Below are positions 12,381-23,300 of a stretch of 35,920 nucleotides of DNA, piece after piece. The notes beneath the pieces were generated by a model. That model was not told where the DNA came from. It saw only the letters and a list, made by a program, of their open reading frames with translations, and did not search any database. Positions within the stretch are counted from its first letter, which is position 1. Every line of letters begins with the position of its first letter. Source of the DNA: Psammoneis japonica (lineage: Eukaryota); contig QPGO01000379.1 in assembly GCA_008632985.1 (NCBI GenBank), forward strand, positions 1 to 35,920, given 5' to 3'. Both the position numbers and the translations under genes were made by a program.

Positions 12381-13868
12381 CTAACGACCCAGAAAACGGT
12401 CATACAAAGAACGAGATTCAGCGTCAGTTTCATCGTCAAAGTCTTCTGGATTGCTTTCGTCTGTTTCGTAATATGGATCCTCCCAAGCCTCGCCTTCTAC
12501 CAAATCTTGACTCTCGGCGACAAGCGCTGCTTCTTCCTTGGGATCGATGGGTTTCGGAAGCTCCGCTTCGAGCATGCGCCTGCTCATCCTCCATGTGAAT
12601 GTTACATAGTGCAAAACACTCAAGTCTTCCACATCGCTGCCGTACGGATCACTCATTTTCTGTCCAAGTATTCGAAGACCAATGATGAAGATGCAGTTCA
12701 AGAACACAATGAGACCAGAAAGAATGTCGTTCAACCAATGTGCTTCATCGCCACTACCAGCATTGAGAGCAGCAGAGATGGCAAACAAAGGGAGGTAGAT
12801 CGCCGTGAGTAGGCAGATAAAGTGAAGGTAGAAGAAGCTGACCGGTTGGTCGTCCATGTCATACATCACTTTCAGTGACTCGCGAAGCTTGAGGACGACA
12901 CCAAATAGCAAGCCTCTCTGACGATTATCAATCAATTTTGCTTCAAAGGCCGTAATTACTTCGGCCAAGCACCATGTGACAAGTTCTCGATAGGCCGAAC
13001 CACCCATATTTACGTCTATCTTTCGCAAACGATCCATCTCCGCTTCCGTAAGTACTCGGTTAGCCTTGTTGAATTCTACAAAGAAATTGTTGAATGTGTA
13101 GGTGGAAGACAGGCCTACATACCCTGCAACATGCTGATAAGAAAAAAAGAATACAGTATTAGCCACCTCGAGGAAGAGCCTTGACCAGCCGAATCAATGC
13201 ATCAGTAAACCCAAAGTACATATTACCAAGGCATTCATGTAGCGGATGAAACGAAAGGCATTATCTCTCGGCATGATTGTCTTCGCGATGCCCGCTCCAT
13301 CTAAGATACGTCCTTCACAGGACATTGAGTGACCATAGAGTGAATCAAACCTCTTGTTGCAGGAAACAACAAAGAATACTGTAAACAGAAAAACAACACA
13401 ATCCGCGTTTAGCTTCTAGCCCAAATGGAAGGCGATTGAACCACAATACAAGGCAAAAATATACAGCGTACCCAAAAAGAAGATGAGAAAACCTCCAATG
13501 CTTGCAATGTCTGCACCGCCTAGTTCAGAGAAGAACTCAGGTAGCCCACCGAGCCTTGCTCCAAGCCGGACGCCGACGTAGAGTATCATGCAAATCCACA
13601 TGAGTGGATCGTGAAATAATGCATTTAGAACGGTGCCGTCCCAGAAGCAGAGAATGCGAAAGAACGGAAGCTCTGTTCGTTCCAGAATTGCACGTCGACG
13701 GCGCTCGATGCGGCACAGTTCCTCCCACGACAGCTCATCGTCGCTGCCTACTAAGAGTTTCGTAACCGTGCTCTTCAACGCCTTAGAGGCGGATCTCGAT
13801 GCGGATCTTGATGCGGGTTTCGATGCGGTTTCCGAGGAGGACTTCGAGGTGGATTTCGAGGCGTTCAT
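12381..13868 (-). CDS. Bestrophin-like anion channel
   Basis: PVSFFYLHFICLL and LGQKMSDPYGSDVEDLSVLHYV (bestrophin DPxGxD motif), plus N-terminal FWDGTVL and transmembrane segments. Two introns at ~13381-13469 and ~13135-13225. Confidence 0.8.
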
Positions 13869-14520
13869 GATAGATGCTGCGACTCGTAGCCCTATGTGAA
13901 GACTTGGGAACGAATTGTTGGTTGGACGAAGGATGGAATACCTAAATTATTGATAGAAACAAACTCCAAGGCACATCCGGTGCGATAATACTATGCACGG
14001 GAAAACAAAATGCAAAAAAACTTGAAAAAAATAATAAAAAGCGAGAGAAGATCGATGTCAGCTGCCTCGCGTCACCTTCAACCAGGCAAACCTTCAACAA
14101 GGGACGTGCGTAGCGTGCCGTCCGGTGGGTGTCGTCCAAGGACATACGGTAGTTATATCCTTGATACGGCACGGGTGGTCACCTTCCATGTCGGACTTGA
14201 TTTTAATTTTTGAGTAGCGGCAGATTCTACGGTATGATGTGGTGCAGCAAAAACGACGTCTCTCTGCCCATCCGTGTTTGAATGTCAACTTCTCGGGAAA
14301 TCTGATCAAAGGCGTTGCTCTTCACCATGTGAGTCAAAATGACTGTGATCAGACGACGTTTCAGTTGAGTTCCTACAAAATCATTGGCTTCAGCCACCCT
14401 TTTGCATGACATTTTGCACATTTGCACATGATTTGGTGCATTTTTCCTCATGCAAAATGTTGGTTGTGACTCTCGCGACATTTTTGAGCGAGACTTCTGT
14501 TGTGGTGACGGGTGAGCCAC

Positions 14521-14900
14521 AAACAAAAATGAGCAAGACCATGATGGCAAGAGGCGGTGGTGGCGGCAGTGCAAGAAGCACAAGTCTGTATCTGCCAAGT
14601 GCTGCACAGCATTCCAGCATGAGCCACCCGCCCACAACAAGGTGAAACAGCCAGAGCAAAAAAGGCTCTGTCTGCACTCGAGTTTGCCGTGCTGCTGTGC
14701 TTGCCTGTTGGCTGCTGGTGCCACCCAATCTTGCTGTTTTGTGTGATGGTCAAGAAGGTGTTGGCCCCTCCTTCTGAAAAAGATCCAGCTCATTTCTTGC
14801 AGCTCATCAATGACAGCCCCTGTGTGCCAAGGGAATTTTTTGAGCACAAAAACCCAGCAACAAATGGCAGCACAACAAAAATGAGGCAAGCTCTCCTCTG
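14521..14900 (+). pseudogene. Decayed copy 1 of the 5' end of the GT14 gene (24073-24420)
   Basis: Colinear similarity, e.g. aaacaaaaatgagcaagaccatgatgg vs aaataaaacgagcgaaaccatgatgg. Residual peptide KKVLAPPSEKDPAHFLQLINDSPC matches KKVSVPPSEKDPVHLTLINDSPC. Confidence 0.9.
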
Positions 14901-15646
14901 TTGAGCTGAAATGCCAGCCTGTTTTTTGAACCAGCTCACATGCATCATGGCGCAGCTGGCAAAATGATCTGCAAAACACAACATGCTGTTGCGAGCCAAA
15001 ACACCACCGCCGCCCCTCTCATGTTTCTGCTGCATGGCATTGTCCCCCACAATTGAAGCTCACAAGACTGCCAACTTGGCACTGAGAACTCTGTTGCCTG
15101 TTGTCTGCATTTTGTCTGCTGGAAGCACAAATCTGTGTCTGCTGAGTGCTGCACAGCATTGCAGCATGAGTCATCCCACAAGATGAAACAGCCAGAGCTT
15201 GCCGCGCTGCTGCTGTGCTTGCCTGTTGGCTGCTGGTGCCACCTGATTTTGCTGTTTTGTGATGGCCAAGAAGGTGTCAGCCCCTCCTTTTGAAAAAGAC
15301 TCAGCTCATTTTTCCCCGCTCATCAATGACAGCCCCTGTGTGCCAAGGGAACTTTTTGATTTTTTAGCAAAAAACCCAGCAAATGGCAGCACAACAAAAA
15401 TGAGGCAAGCTCTCCTCTGTTGAGCTGAAATTTCAGCTGTTTTTTGAACCAGCTCACATGCACTGTGATGCAGCTGGCAAAACAACCTGCAAAACACAAC
15501 ATGCTGTTGTGAGCCAAAACAGCACCACCATCACCCCTCATGTTTCTACACGGCAATGCCCCCCACACACACAATTGATGCCCACCATGAGACTGCTGGC
15601 TCAGCACTGAGGACTCTGTTGCTTGTTGTCTGCATTTTGTCTGCTG
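14575..15646 (+). repeat. Tandem duplication, two units of ~530-545 bp (14575-15120 and 15121-15646); unit 2 carries decayed copy 2 of the GT14 5' end
   Basis: Both units start gaagcacaa.tctgt.tctgc, share aaaaatgaggcaagctctcctctgttgagctgaaat and end ttgtctgcattttgtctgct. Confidence 0.9.
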
Positions 15647-15758
15647 CTCCCCCCAGCCAACCTCTTTTGGCTTTGTTGTGCCCAACCGCAAAAAAGCGTG
15701 TGATTTTCCTGTGGTGAAATCCTGGAATTTTGCATCTGACAATTGCAGGCAAAAAAAA

Positions 15759-15850
15759 CAGCAGCAGCAGCAGCAGCAGCAGCAGCTGGGTGATGGTTGT
15801 CATTTCAAACCATTCTGTGTGTGTGTGAGTGTGTGGGTGGGTGGGTGGGT
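15759..15850. repeat. Microsatellites (CAG)9, (TG)n and (GGGT)n
   Basis: Seen directly: cag x9 at 15759-15785, and tgtg.../gggt repeats at 15815-15850. Confidence 0.9.
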
Positions 15851-17039
15851 TGTCAAAACAAGGCAGATGTTTGCTGCAGCAAGGAGCACATCTAAAAAAT
15901 GATGCCATCAGCAAGTTTTTGTCCACTCAGTGCCCACGCCAACATGTTTTGGGGGTGTTGCACCAGCATCATGTTTGCTCCACACAGGGCCTCACCCACC
16001 CCCTGAAATTCACTTGAGTCAAACATTGGACTGACCAACAATGTGGCTGAGTCACAGGACTTTGAAAAAGTGGATGCACACATTTCCAGCCCATCCACCT
16101 AAAATCAGCTGCTGCTGCTGTCATGCTGCGCACCTTCTGGTGCTTTTCCAATGACAAGCAATGAGCGCACAAATTGAACAATCATCAAAAGTGAAAGTGG
16201 TGCTTGTCTCTACAATGCTTGTTTCAAAGATGATCATCTTGATGCCACCAACAACCCCCATCCTGTGACTCACATGTGTGATGGACCTGCGGTGCTGTTG
16301 TGAGAAAATTGGGTGTGTTGATTTGCAGCTGTGCATCTTGTGGTGCAGTGTCATGTTTTGATGGTTTTGCCTGTTGCCTGCCCTTGTCTTGCTCAGAGTT
16401 GTTTGTTTCATCTCATGTTCTGGTGGGTCAAGATGCCAATGTTCCATTGTTCACACTGCTGGTGCCATGTGAGTGACATGCTGCTGGATTGAGCTCAACC
16501 TGAGTGACCAGCATTGTCGGTCAATCTGGGGTGCATCAGGAACTGCTTCTCATTGATTGTGCATGACAGCTGGACTTGAAACCTGACAAAAACACCTGGA
16601 TTGGCTTGCACATGACAATTTGGACTGATGTTGGGTGCCTGGTTCATTTGGTCATGTGTCTCCATGCAGTTGAGGGCAATCTTGTTGTTGGGTCCATTGG
16701 AGCTGCTTTTGCATCATCATTTGTGCATGATGGTCAGACTTGGAAACTGACAAAAATGCCTGGATGTTCAACTTGTTTGGCCGTGTGTGCTCTTGGAGTT
16801 GAGGAGCATGATCAATCTTGCCCTCACCCTCATTTTTGGCAGCCAAGGCACTGGAGCTGACCTCATGCTGCTTTTGCATCATTTGCACATGATGGCTTTG
16901 CTTGGAACTCAACTGGCTCTTGTGCAACAATTTTGGACTGTTGCAGTGTGTTTGATCTGTTTGGTTGTGCACCCTTGCACAGTTGAGTGTCATTTTTCTC
17001 ACGACCCTGGCCCTCATTGCTGGGCGTGCTGGAGCCACT

Positions 17040-17200
17040 TTTGCATCAATTGCAGCATTGTAAAATCGTTGACTTCCTCCCAACAATTGAGGATTGCAAC
17101 CGTCGATTGCACCAGGCTTTGCAGCAATCGAAAGATTGCAATTGCAAAGTGATTGCCACGTGCAACAATCGATTGCAATTGCAACAGCGATTGGCCCCTG
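17040..17200. repeat. Cluster of GATTGCA/TGCAATC motifs, probable hAT subterminal repeats (also at 20220-20300 and 23567)
   Basis: gattgcaac, gattgcaattgcaa and caatcgattgcaattgcaac flank the transposase on both sides. Exact TIRs were not resolved. Confidence 0.55.
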
Positions 17201-17419
17201 CAAGAGTGCCCACTGCGCAGGTGATGGTGCTGCAGGCAAGATTTTTTTGCGATTGAACTGCGTTGCATCTGCTTTTTTGAATGCATCTGACCTGCGTTGT
17301 CAAGGCAAACTGTCAAAAAACATGCTGTTGCTTGCTTGTTGTTTGATGTTTGAAGCTGCAAGGATGCTGATTCCATGATCACTCTTCTGGGTTGATGTTG
17401 TTCTTTGCAATTGTCATCC

Positions 17420-19985
17420 CGCACTGTTGCAATTTCTTCACATGATCCCTGCAATGCGTTCACATGTGCACCATGAATGATTCATTCACACGGAGAATTG
17501 CCAACATTCTGAGTTCCTTCTCATCAAGCAAAGTGTTCCCGTCATGCAATGCCAGCTGTGCAATCGAGCTGATTCACTCGGCACAGCTTTCTGCATTCAG
17601 TGCTCCAATCTGACCACGAGACGAGCCGGCCACAACAGGGAGAAAACCACGCATCTTCCAATTCTTGTCACTCAACTCAAGTTTCTTGCACAGTTTTCCA
17701 ATGTCCAACTTCATGACATCCTGGATCAAGTCTGGCGAATCTGCCAGAATGTCACAAGAAGGGTGCTCTTTGTGCCACTCAATTTCCTTTCGACTCCACC
17801 ATTTGAGTGCTTTTTTGAATTCCTTTGATGCCTTTTCCTTGTCTTCAGTGACCAAAGTGGACTCAATTGGCTCTTCATTGTCCTCTTCACTGTCAGAGGA
17901 GCCAGACTCCTCTCCCCTGAGCTGCCAAGGAAAGACAAGTCCACGGTGTTGTTGATGCTGTGTGATGAGCCGCTGCCCTTGCTCTTGGCACCTTCTTGTT
18001 CAGTCTTGCATCTCTTTGCTGCTTTTGCACTGTTTGATTTCAAATCATCATTCCCAGCAGCCTCATTTGCATGTTTCTTGGCTTTCTTGTTCTTCTGTTC
18101 CTCAGCTCTCTTCTTCCAATTGGCTTGATGCTGGTGCTTGCCGTGTTGCACACAGAACTTGACATGCTTTTTTTACAAACATTTCACGGCACGTTCTTGC
18201 ACATCTTGGGAAAGCACAGAGGTGCACCTTGCAGTGTGAAGATCAAGGAGAAGAGCCAGCAGCTGTCGGTTGTTGAGTGCAATTTTGCCCGGCTCTGAGA
18301 GTCGCTCATTGGTGGTGTTGCCCAAGAATCGCCGCTCAAATTCTGTGATCGCCCTTTCTCAGCACGTGGCTCCTGCAGAAGAGAATGAGGCAAGCTCTTG
18401 CTCACATCATGGCAGATTTTTGTCTTTGCCAACCTTCTCTGGCACGACCATCGACAACTCACTGCTCGTCAATGCATCACACATCATTTTCTGAATTAGC
18501 GGGCCACACGCACTGCAGCACAGAGCATCGCATGCTGTGCCATTTTGGCAAGAACTTGTGTCACTTGGAGCACCACCTCAAATTGCTGCCACAAGGCATC
18601 AGTGAGAATGAAGGCATCCTTGTTGCTGTTGTGGAAGTGAGCAACGCCTCGTTGCACATGAAGGAGCCAGTTCAATGGCTGGTGCCCTGCATCAATCCTT
18701 GTGCCGTTGATGTCCAGTTTGGGTCTGAGGGCGGCAATGCCAGCTTCCTTGCACGCCATTTCCAACTGGGAAAAGCGCTTGTCAAATCGGAAGCACTTTG
18801 CTGCAGATTTTGCTTTGTCCATCACAGCCGCTCCATCCTCGAATGGATCAACTTTAACCTTGTTTTTAGAGCGTGCCAATGCCCCCACTGCAGACTGTCC
18901 TGTCTTGTCTCCGTCATGCACATCACATGCTTCAGTGTCTTCAATTTCAACAAACTGCCGTGACACTCCAAGGGCGGCACTGTCTGATGCCATCAAAGCA
19001 ACAGCTTCCTCCATCGTCAAGTTGCATTGATCGACGAGAGCATGTCTCGAAGTGGCTCGGCAACCTTGTCATCAGCATTGTGTTGTGAATGCTCAAACCC
19101 AAGACAAATCACTGTGTTTTCAATCCACCTTGGATCAATGAACTGCATGCCAGCTGATTGACATTTCTTGCCATTTGCAAGAGTGACTCCATCATGAATG
19201 ACTTGGGCATGGGACAAACCAAAACTCTGCTGCTGTTTCTTGAGCTTAAACATGATCATGGCAAACCGAGTGAAAACTGTAAATTCCACCGACACACATT
19301 GTTTGAGTTTGCATTGCAACAGAGCAGGTGCATTTGGATCTCCGCTGGCTTGACATTTCATCATCTGAACAAAATGCTTGTCCGCAAAGGTGCGACAGGA
19401 GATTGCTTGCTCAGAACATGCACGCCACTGGGCTTGAGATGACAATCTCATTTCATCTTCAGATGGCTCAAACCCTTTCAGTGGATTTTTTACATGCACC
19501 TGAGCATCATCTTTTTCACTGGCCACCACAGCAAAATCCAACTGCTGTTGCTTTTTCATGCTTTGCAAAATCACGATTTTTTTCGCTTCATTCGCGCGGT
19601 CGTCGGGGTGGATGTCCTTCATGTGCTTGATGGCTTTAGAAGCAGTGCAGCAGTGTTTGTCCTTGGGCTTCACCAGCTTCACAAATCATTGGGGACAATC
19701 AGGGAGAGTGCGTGCATGCATGTGTCCCTCTTTTGACTTGGGGTGATCTGACGCCAAGCGAAGCACATGATCCCACACGGGTGACTTGGTCCCTCATTTG
19801 CCAGGGCTGTTTGCTCTTGTTTTGAATGAAGGATCATTTTCCCAAGGAGCAACCTGTGCATTGTCTCCCTGCACACCTTTTTCCAAGTCGTCCACCTTCT
19901 CCTCTACATTTGACCCCGTGTCCACCAATTTCTCACCATCGCTGCCTTCCGACACGTCCATCACATTGTCTGCAGCCACGCTCAT
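17420..19985 (-). mobile_element. Degenerate hAT-superfamily transposase (stops and frameshifts)
   Basis: BED-finger remnant (HACTL...TASKAIKHMKDIH), first catalytic Asp region (QVIHDGVTL), ASDSAA, CxxH (ACDVHDGDK), NGTRI, and a C-terminal dimerisation region (QIGALNAESCAE*ISS...LRVNESFM). Confidence 0.85.
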
Positions 19986-20321
19986 TGCATTCTTCAAAAA
20001 AGAAACCAAATGACCAGATGAAAATGGCACATCAATCGGTCATTGCTCCAAAATTATGAGACCTCATTGAGACTTTTCATTTGTTTTCGGGCATGTCGTC
20101 CAAAATTCACCCTTGATCTGTTGTTCTTGTTTCTCGCGCTTGGTTCTTGTCAGTCCCGTGTTTGCCTCATTGATCAGAAAATGTCCTGGACTCACGACTA
20201 AATTTCACTCATGACTTGACTGCAATCGATCACAAACATGATTGCAATCCTTGTGTCCATGTGATGCAAACAATCAGCAGATTGCAGTCATTTCGATTGC
20301 GGTCCGCAACCGAGTTGTGCA

Positions 20322-23300
20322 ACTCAGAATGCTGCACACTGCCTGACGAGCACGGGAGGTTCTCAACAACCCAAGAGGCAAAGAAATTGCCACTCGGCCA
20401 ATTGTTGAGTCGCTTCTCCGCACACACATTTGGGCATGTGTTGTGCACAGCATCATCACACAGCATTTGTCCAACTCTCCCTCTCGTCGCAGGATGGGTC
20501 ATTGCCATGTGGCGCATCCGCACGGCGGACTTACGAAATTTTGACCATGCACTCCCTCTGGTGGGCAGGATGGGTCAGGCACATGTCCGGTCACGTAGGT
20601 GGCTCCAAGTTTGTGAAAAAAAGAAGAGGAAAAGGAGGAGGAGGAGAGAGGGAGAGATTCATTCGTGCCGCAGTGGGGCATGCACGACGCCCAGACGATT
20701 GGCGCTTCCGATGCATGTGGCTGCTGGGCAGTCGCAGCTCTCTAGCCAGTGAAGACTCCAATGACAGCAACATGCCATGATCCATCTAAATGCATCATCT
20801 GCTGCTTCATTGCTCACAGAAAATTTACACGCACACTGCCAACGCTGCCGTTGAGATGCGCAGCTGCCGATGAGCCAGAACTCCATCACTTTTGAAAGCC
20901 GGCTCCACCTCATTTCCTCTCTGGCAGACCCAACTAGATGCAAAAAGATCCACAATCTGATTCCCTAAAGGAACAACTGTTGTCAAAGGACTTGAGTCGT
21001 GCAGAGCATTGGCATGGAAAGGCCACTTTAAGCGCTCGCAGTCCCAGATGTCCATGCTGAAAAAATGACAGGCAAAATGAAAACATGAGTGGAACAACAT
21101 GCACAGTGACAATTCATTGGAGCAACATGTCACAGTGTGCTCACTGGGGCACCTTTTAGAGGCAGAGCTGAGTCGCCTTGCCAATTTTTATGCCCCCAAG
21201 TGCCATCAGTGGTTCGTGGCATCCGCACATTCAAGAGGAGGCGATGAGCCTGCCAACACAAGCCTCAACCTCCCCATTTTACACATTGTCAAGCCTGGAG
21301 TCGTAGTTGCACCATCAAGATCTCCCAAAATGATGCGGACGACATCATGTCTTGCATGTTGATGATGATGCGGTTGAAGGGCAGGTGGAAAGGATCACTT
21401 TAGACCAGACACCTGCACGCATGAACGAGGCGCACAAAAAATGCTCGTGAGGCATGCAAGTTTCTTCAAAACGAGTCAAACACTCAAACAATTACAACAC
21501 ACTCGTGGGATTACCTTTTTTGGACTGTGACAAGACTGTCTGACAATTGCCATCATCGCAAGTGTCCTCCAGGCTCCATCGCATCATTTTGTTCCTACGG
21601 CATGCACTTTCCAAAAATTGTGATGGCTGAAACACAACATGCCGTGATTGTGTGCCGACCAAGCCCCCAAGAAGGATGTCAAGCAAGTCACAAATCCACA
21701 TCAATGTACACAATGGGTGCACCAAAGGATGTAGAGTGGGGTGAAGCATAAAGATCCCAAACAGGTGTGCTTTGGCGGCACCAACAACTTGAAAAACATG
21801 CCAACATCACAGATGCAACAATCGCCCACATGAGATGATCAATCCACCTTGTGAGCTGAAACAAAAAACAACAATGATCTTTGGCAAATGGGAAAACGAA
21901 ATAAAATTAAAAACACGCACAAAGAACTCACCTCGGCGACGTTGTCGACCATTCAGATGTTGCCCGCAGCATGCAGCAATTGAGGCACGAGTCGATGCAC
22001 GCAACCGTTTGCACCGTGTGTCGCAACCAAAGCCCCCCAGGGAACCAAGTCAGTGTGTCAAATTTTTTACAACAGCAACAGAAAGAGATCACACATGGAA
22101 AACACGTCTGCCCCATGATGTTTGCCATGCCGAGACACATCAAAGTGCAATGTGCATGGCCATTTCTTGCGGTGCGATGTGCCAAATTGGGATCATTTGA
22201 GTGGAATGAAGGAAATGAAGAGGATTCCCTCTTTCGTGTCGTTGTGCAACTTGCACCAGATTGGACCGTTCCTTTCTGCTTGTCGTCACAGAAATGGAAC
22301 TGTGTTGTCATGGGATTCTGCGCAAGTTCCAGTGCATTTCCCACACAGTTCATGAAGAGCCACCTACGCAGCTGGACGATTGCCATGGGTTAGCACCATG
22401 TGGCGCATCCGGCCATGCCAAGCCAAGGGAGGAGTGGGTTTGAAGCCCAACCGCCCACCCCGGATGGGGTTGGAAAGGGGCAGGCCGAGAAAGAAAAGGA
22501 GGCTTGGATTTGAGGCCGACTCGAACGAGCGACCTCAGGAAGCGTAAAGACTCATGACCACTCAGAATGCTGTACACTGCTGCTGGTGCCCAACAAGTGC
22601 GGGCGGTTCTCAACAACCCAAGAGGCAAGAAATTGCCACTCGGCCAATTGTTGAGTCCCTTCTCCGCACACACATTTAGGCATGTGTTGTGCACAGCATC
22701 ATCACACAGCATTTGTCCAACTCTCCCTCTCGTCGCAGGATGGGTTGTCACCATGTGGCGCATCAGCACGGCGGACTTACGAAATTTTGACCATGCACTC
22801 CCTCTGTTGAGCAGGATGGGTTAGCGCCATGTGGCGCATCTGGCCAAGGGAGGAGTGGGTTCGAAGCCCAACCGCCCACCCCGGATGGGGTTGAAAAGGG
22901 GCAGGCCGAGAAAGAAAAGGAGGCTTGGATTTGAGGCCGATTCGAACCAGCAACCTCAGGAAGCGTAAAGACTCACAACCACTCAGAATGCTGCACACTG
23001 CCTGACGAGCACTGGAGGTTCTCAACAACCCAAGAGGCAAAGAAATTGCCACTCGGCTGATTGTTGAGCCCCTTCTCCGCACACACATTTGGGCATGTGT
23101 TGTGCACAGCATCATCACACAGCATTTGTCCAACTCTCCCTCTTGTTGCAGGATGGGTTGTCGCCATGTGGCGCATCCGCACGGCGGACTTACGAAATTT
23201 TGACCGTGCACTCCCTCTGATGGGCAGGATGGGTTGGCACCATGTGGTGCACCCGGCCAAGGGAGGAGTGGGTTCGAAGCCCAACCTCCCACCCCGGATG

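Noticed and set aside
17030..17200. Exact hAT termini (ggcccctg at 17193-17200, caggc at 17114)
   Set aside because: No matching partner TIR or 8-bp TSD could be found on the other side.
20330..20460. Hammerhead ribozyme/retrozyme in the LTR (CTGACGAG in a three-way junction)
   Set aside because: The required GAAA after stem II is absent in all four copies (reads cacac) and cannot be restored by TA/CG reversion.
20322..20465. C/D box snoRNA or U3 on the minus strand (GTGATGA...CTGA)
   Set aside because: No proper terminal stem, no box B or internal box C, and the sequence is better explained as an LTR.
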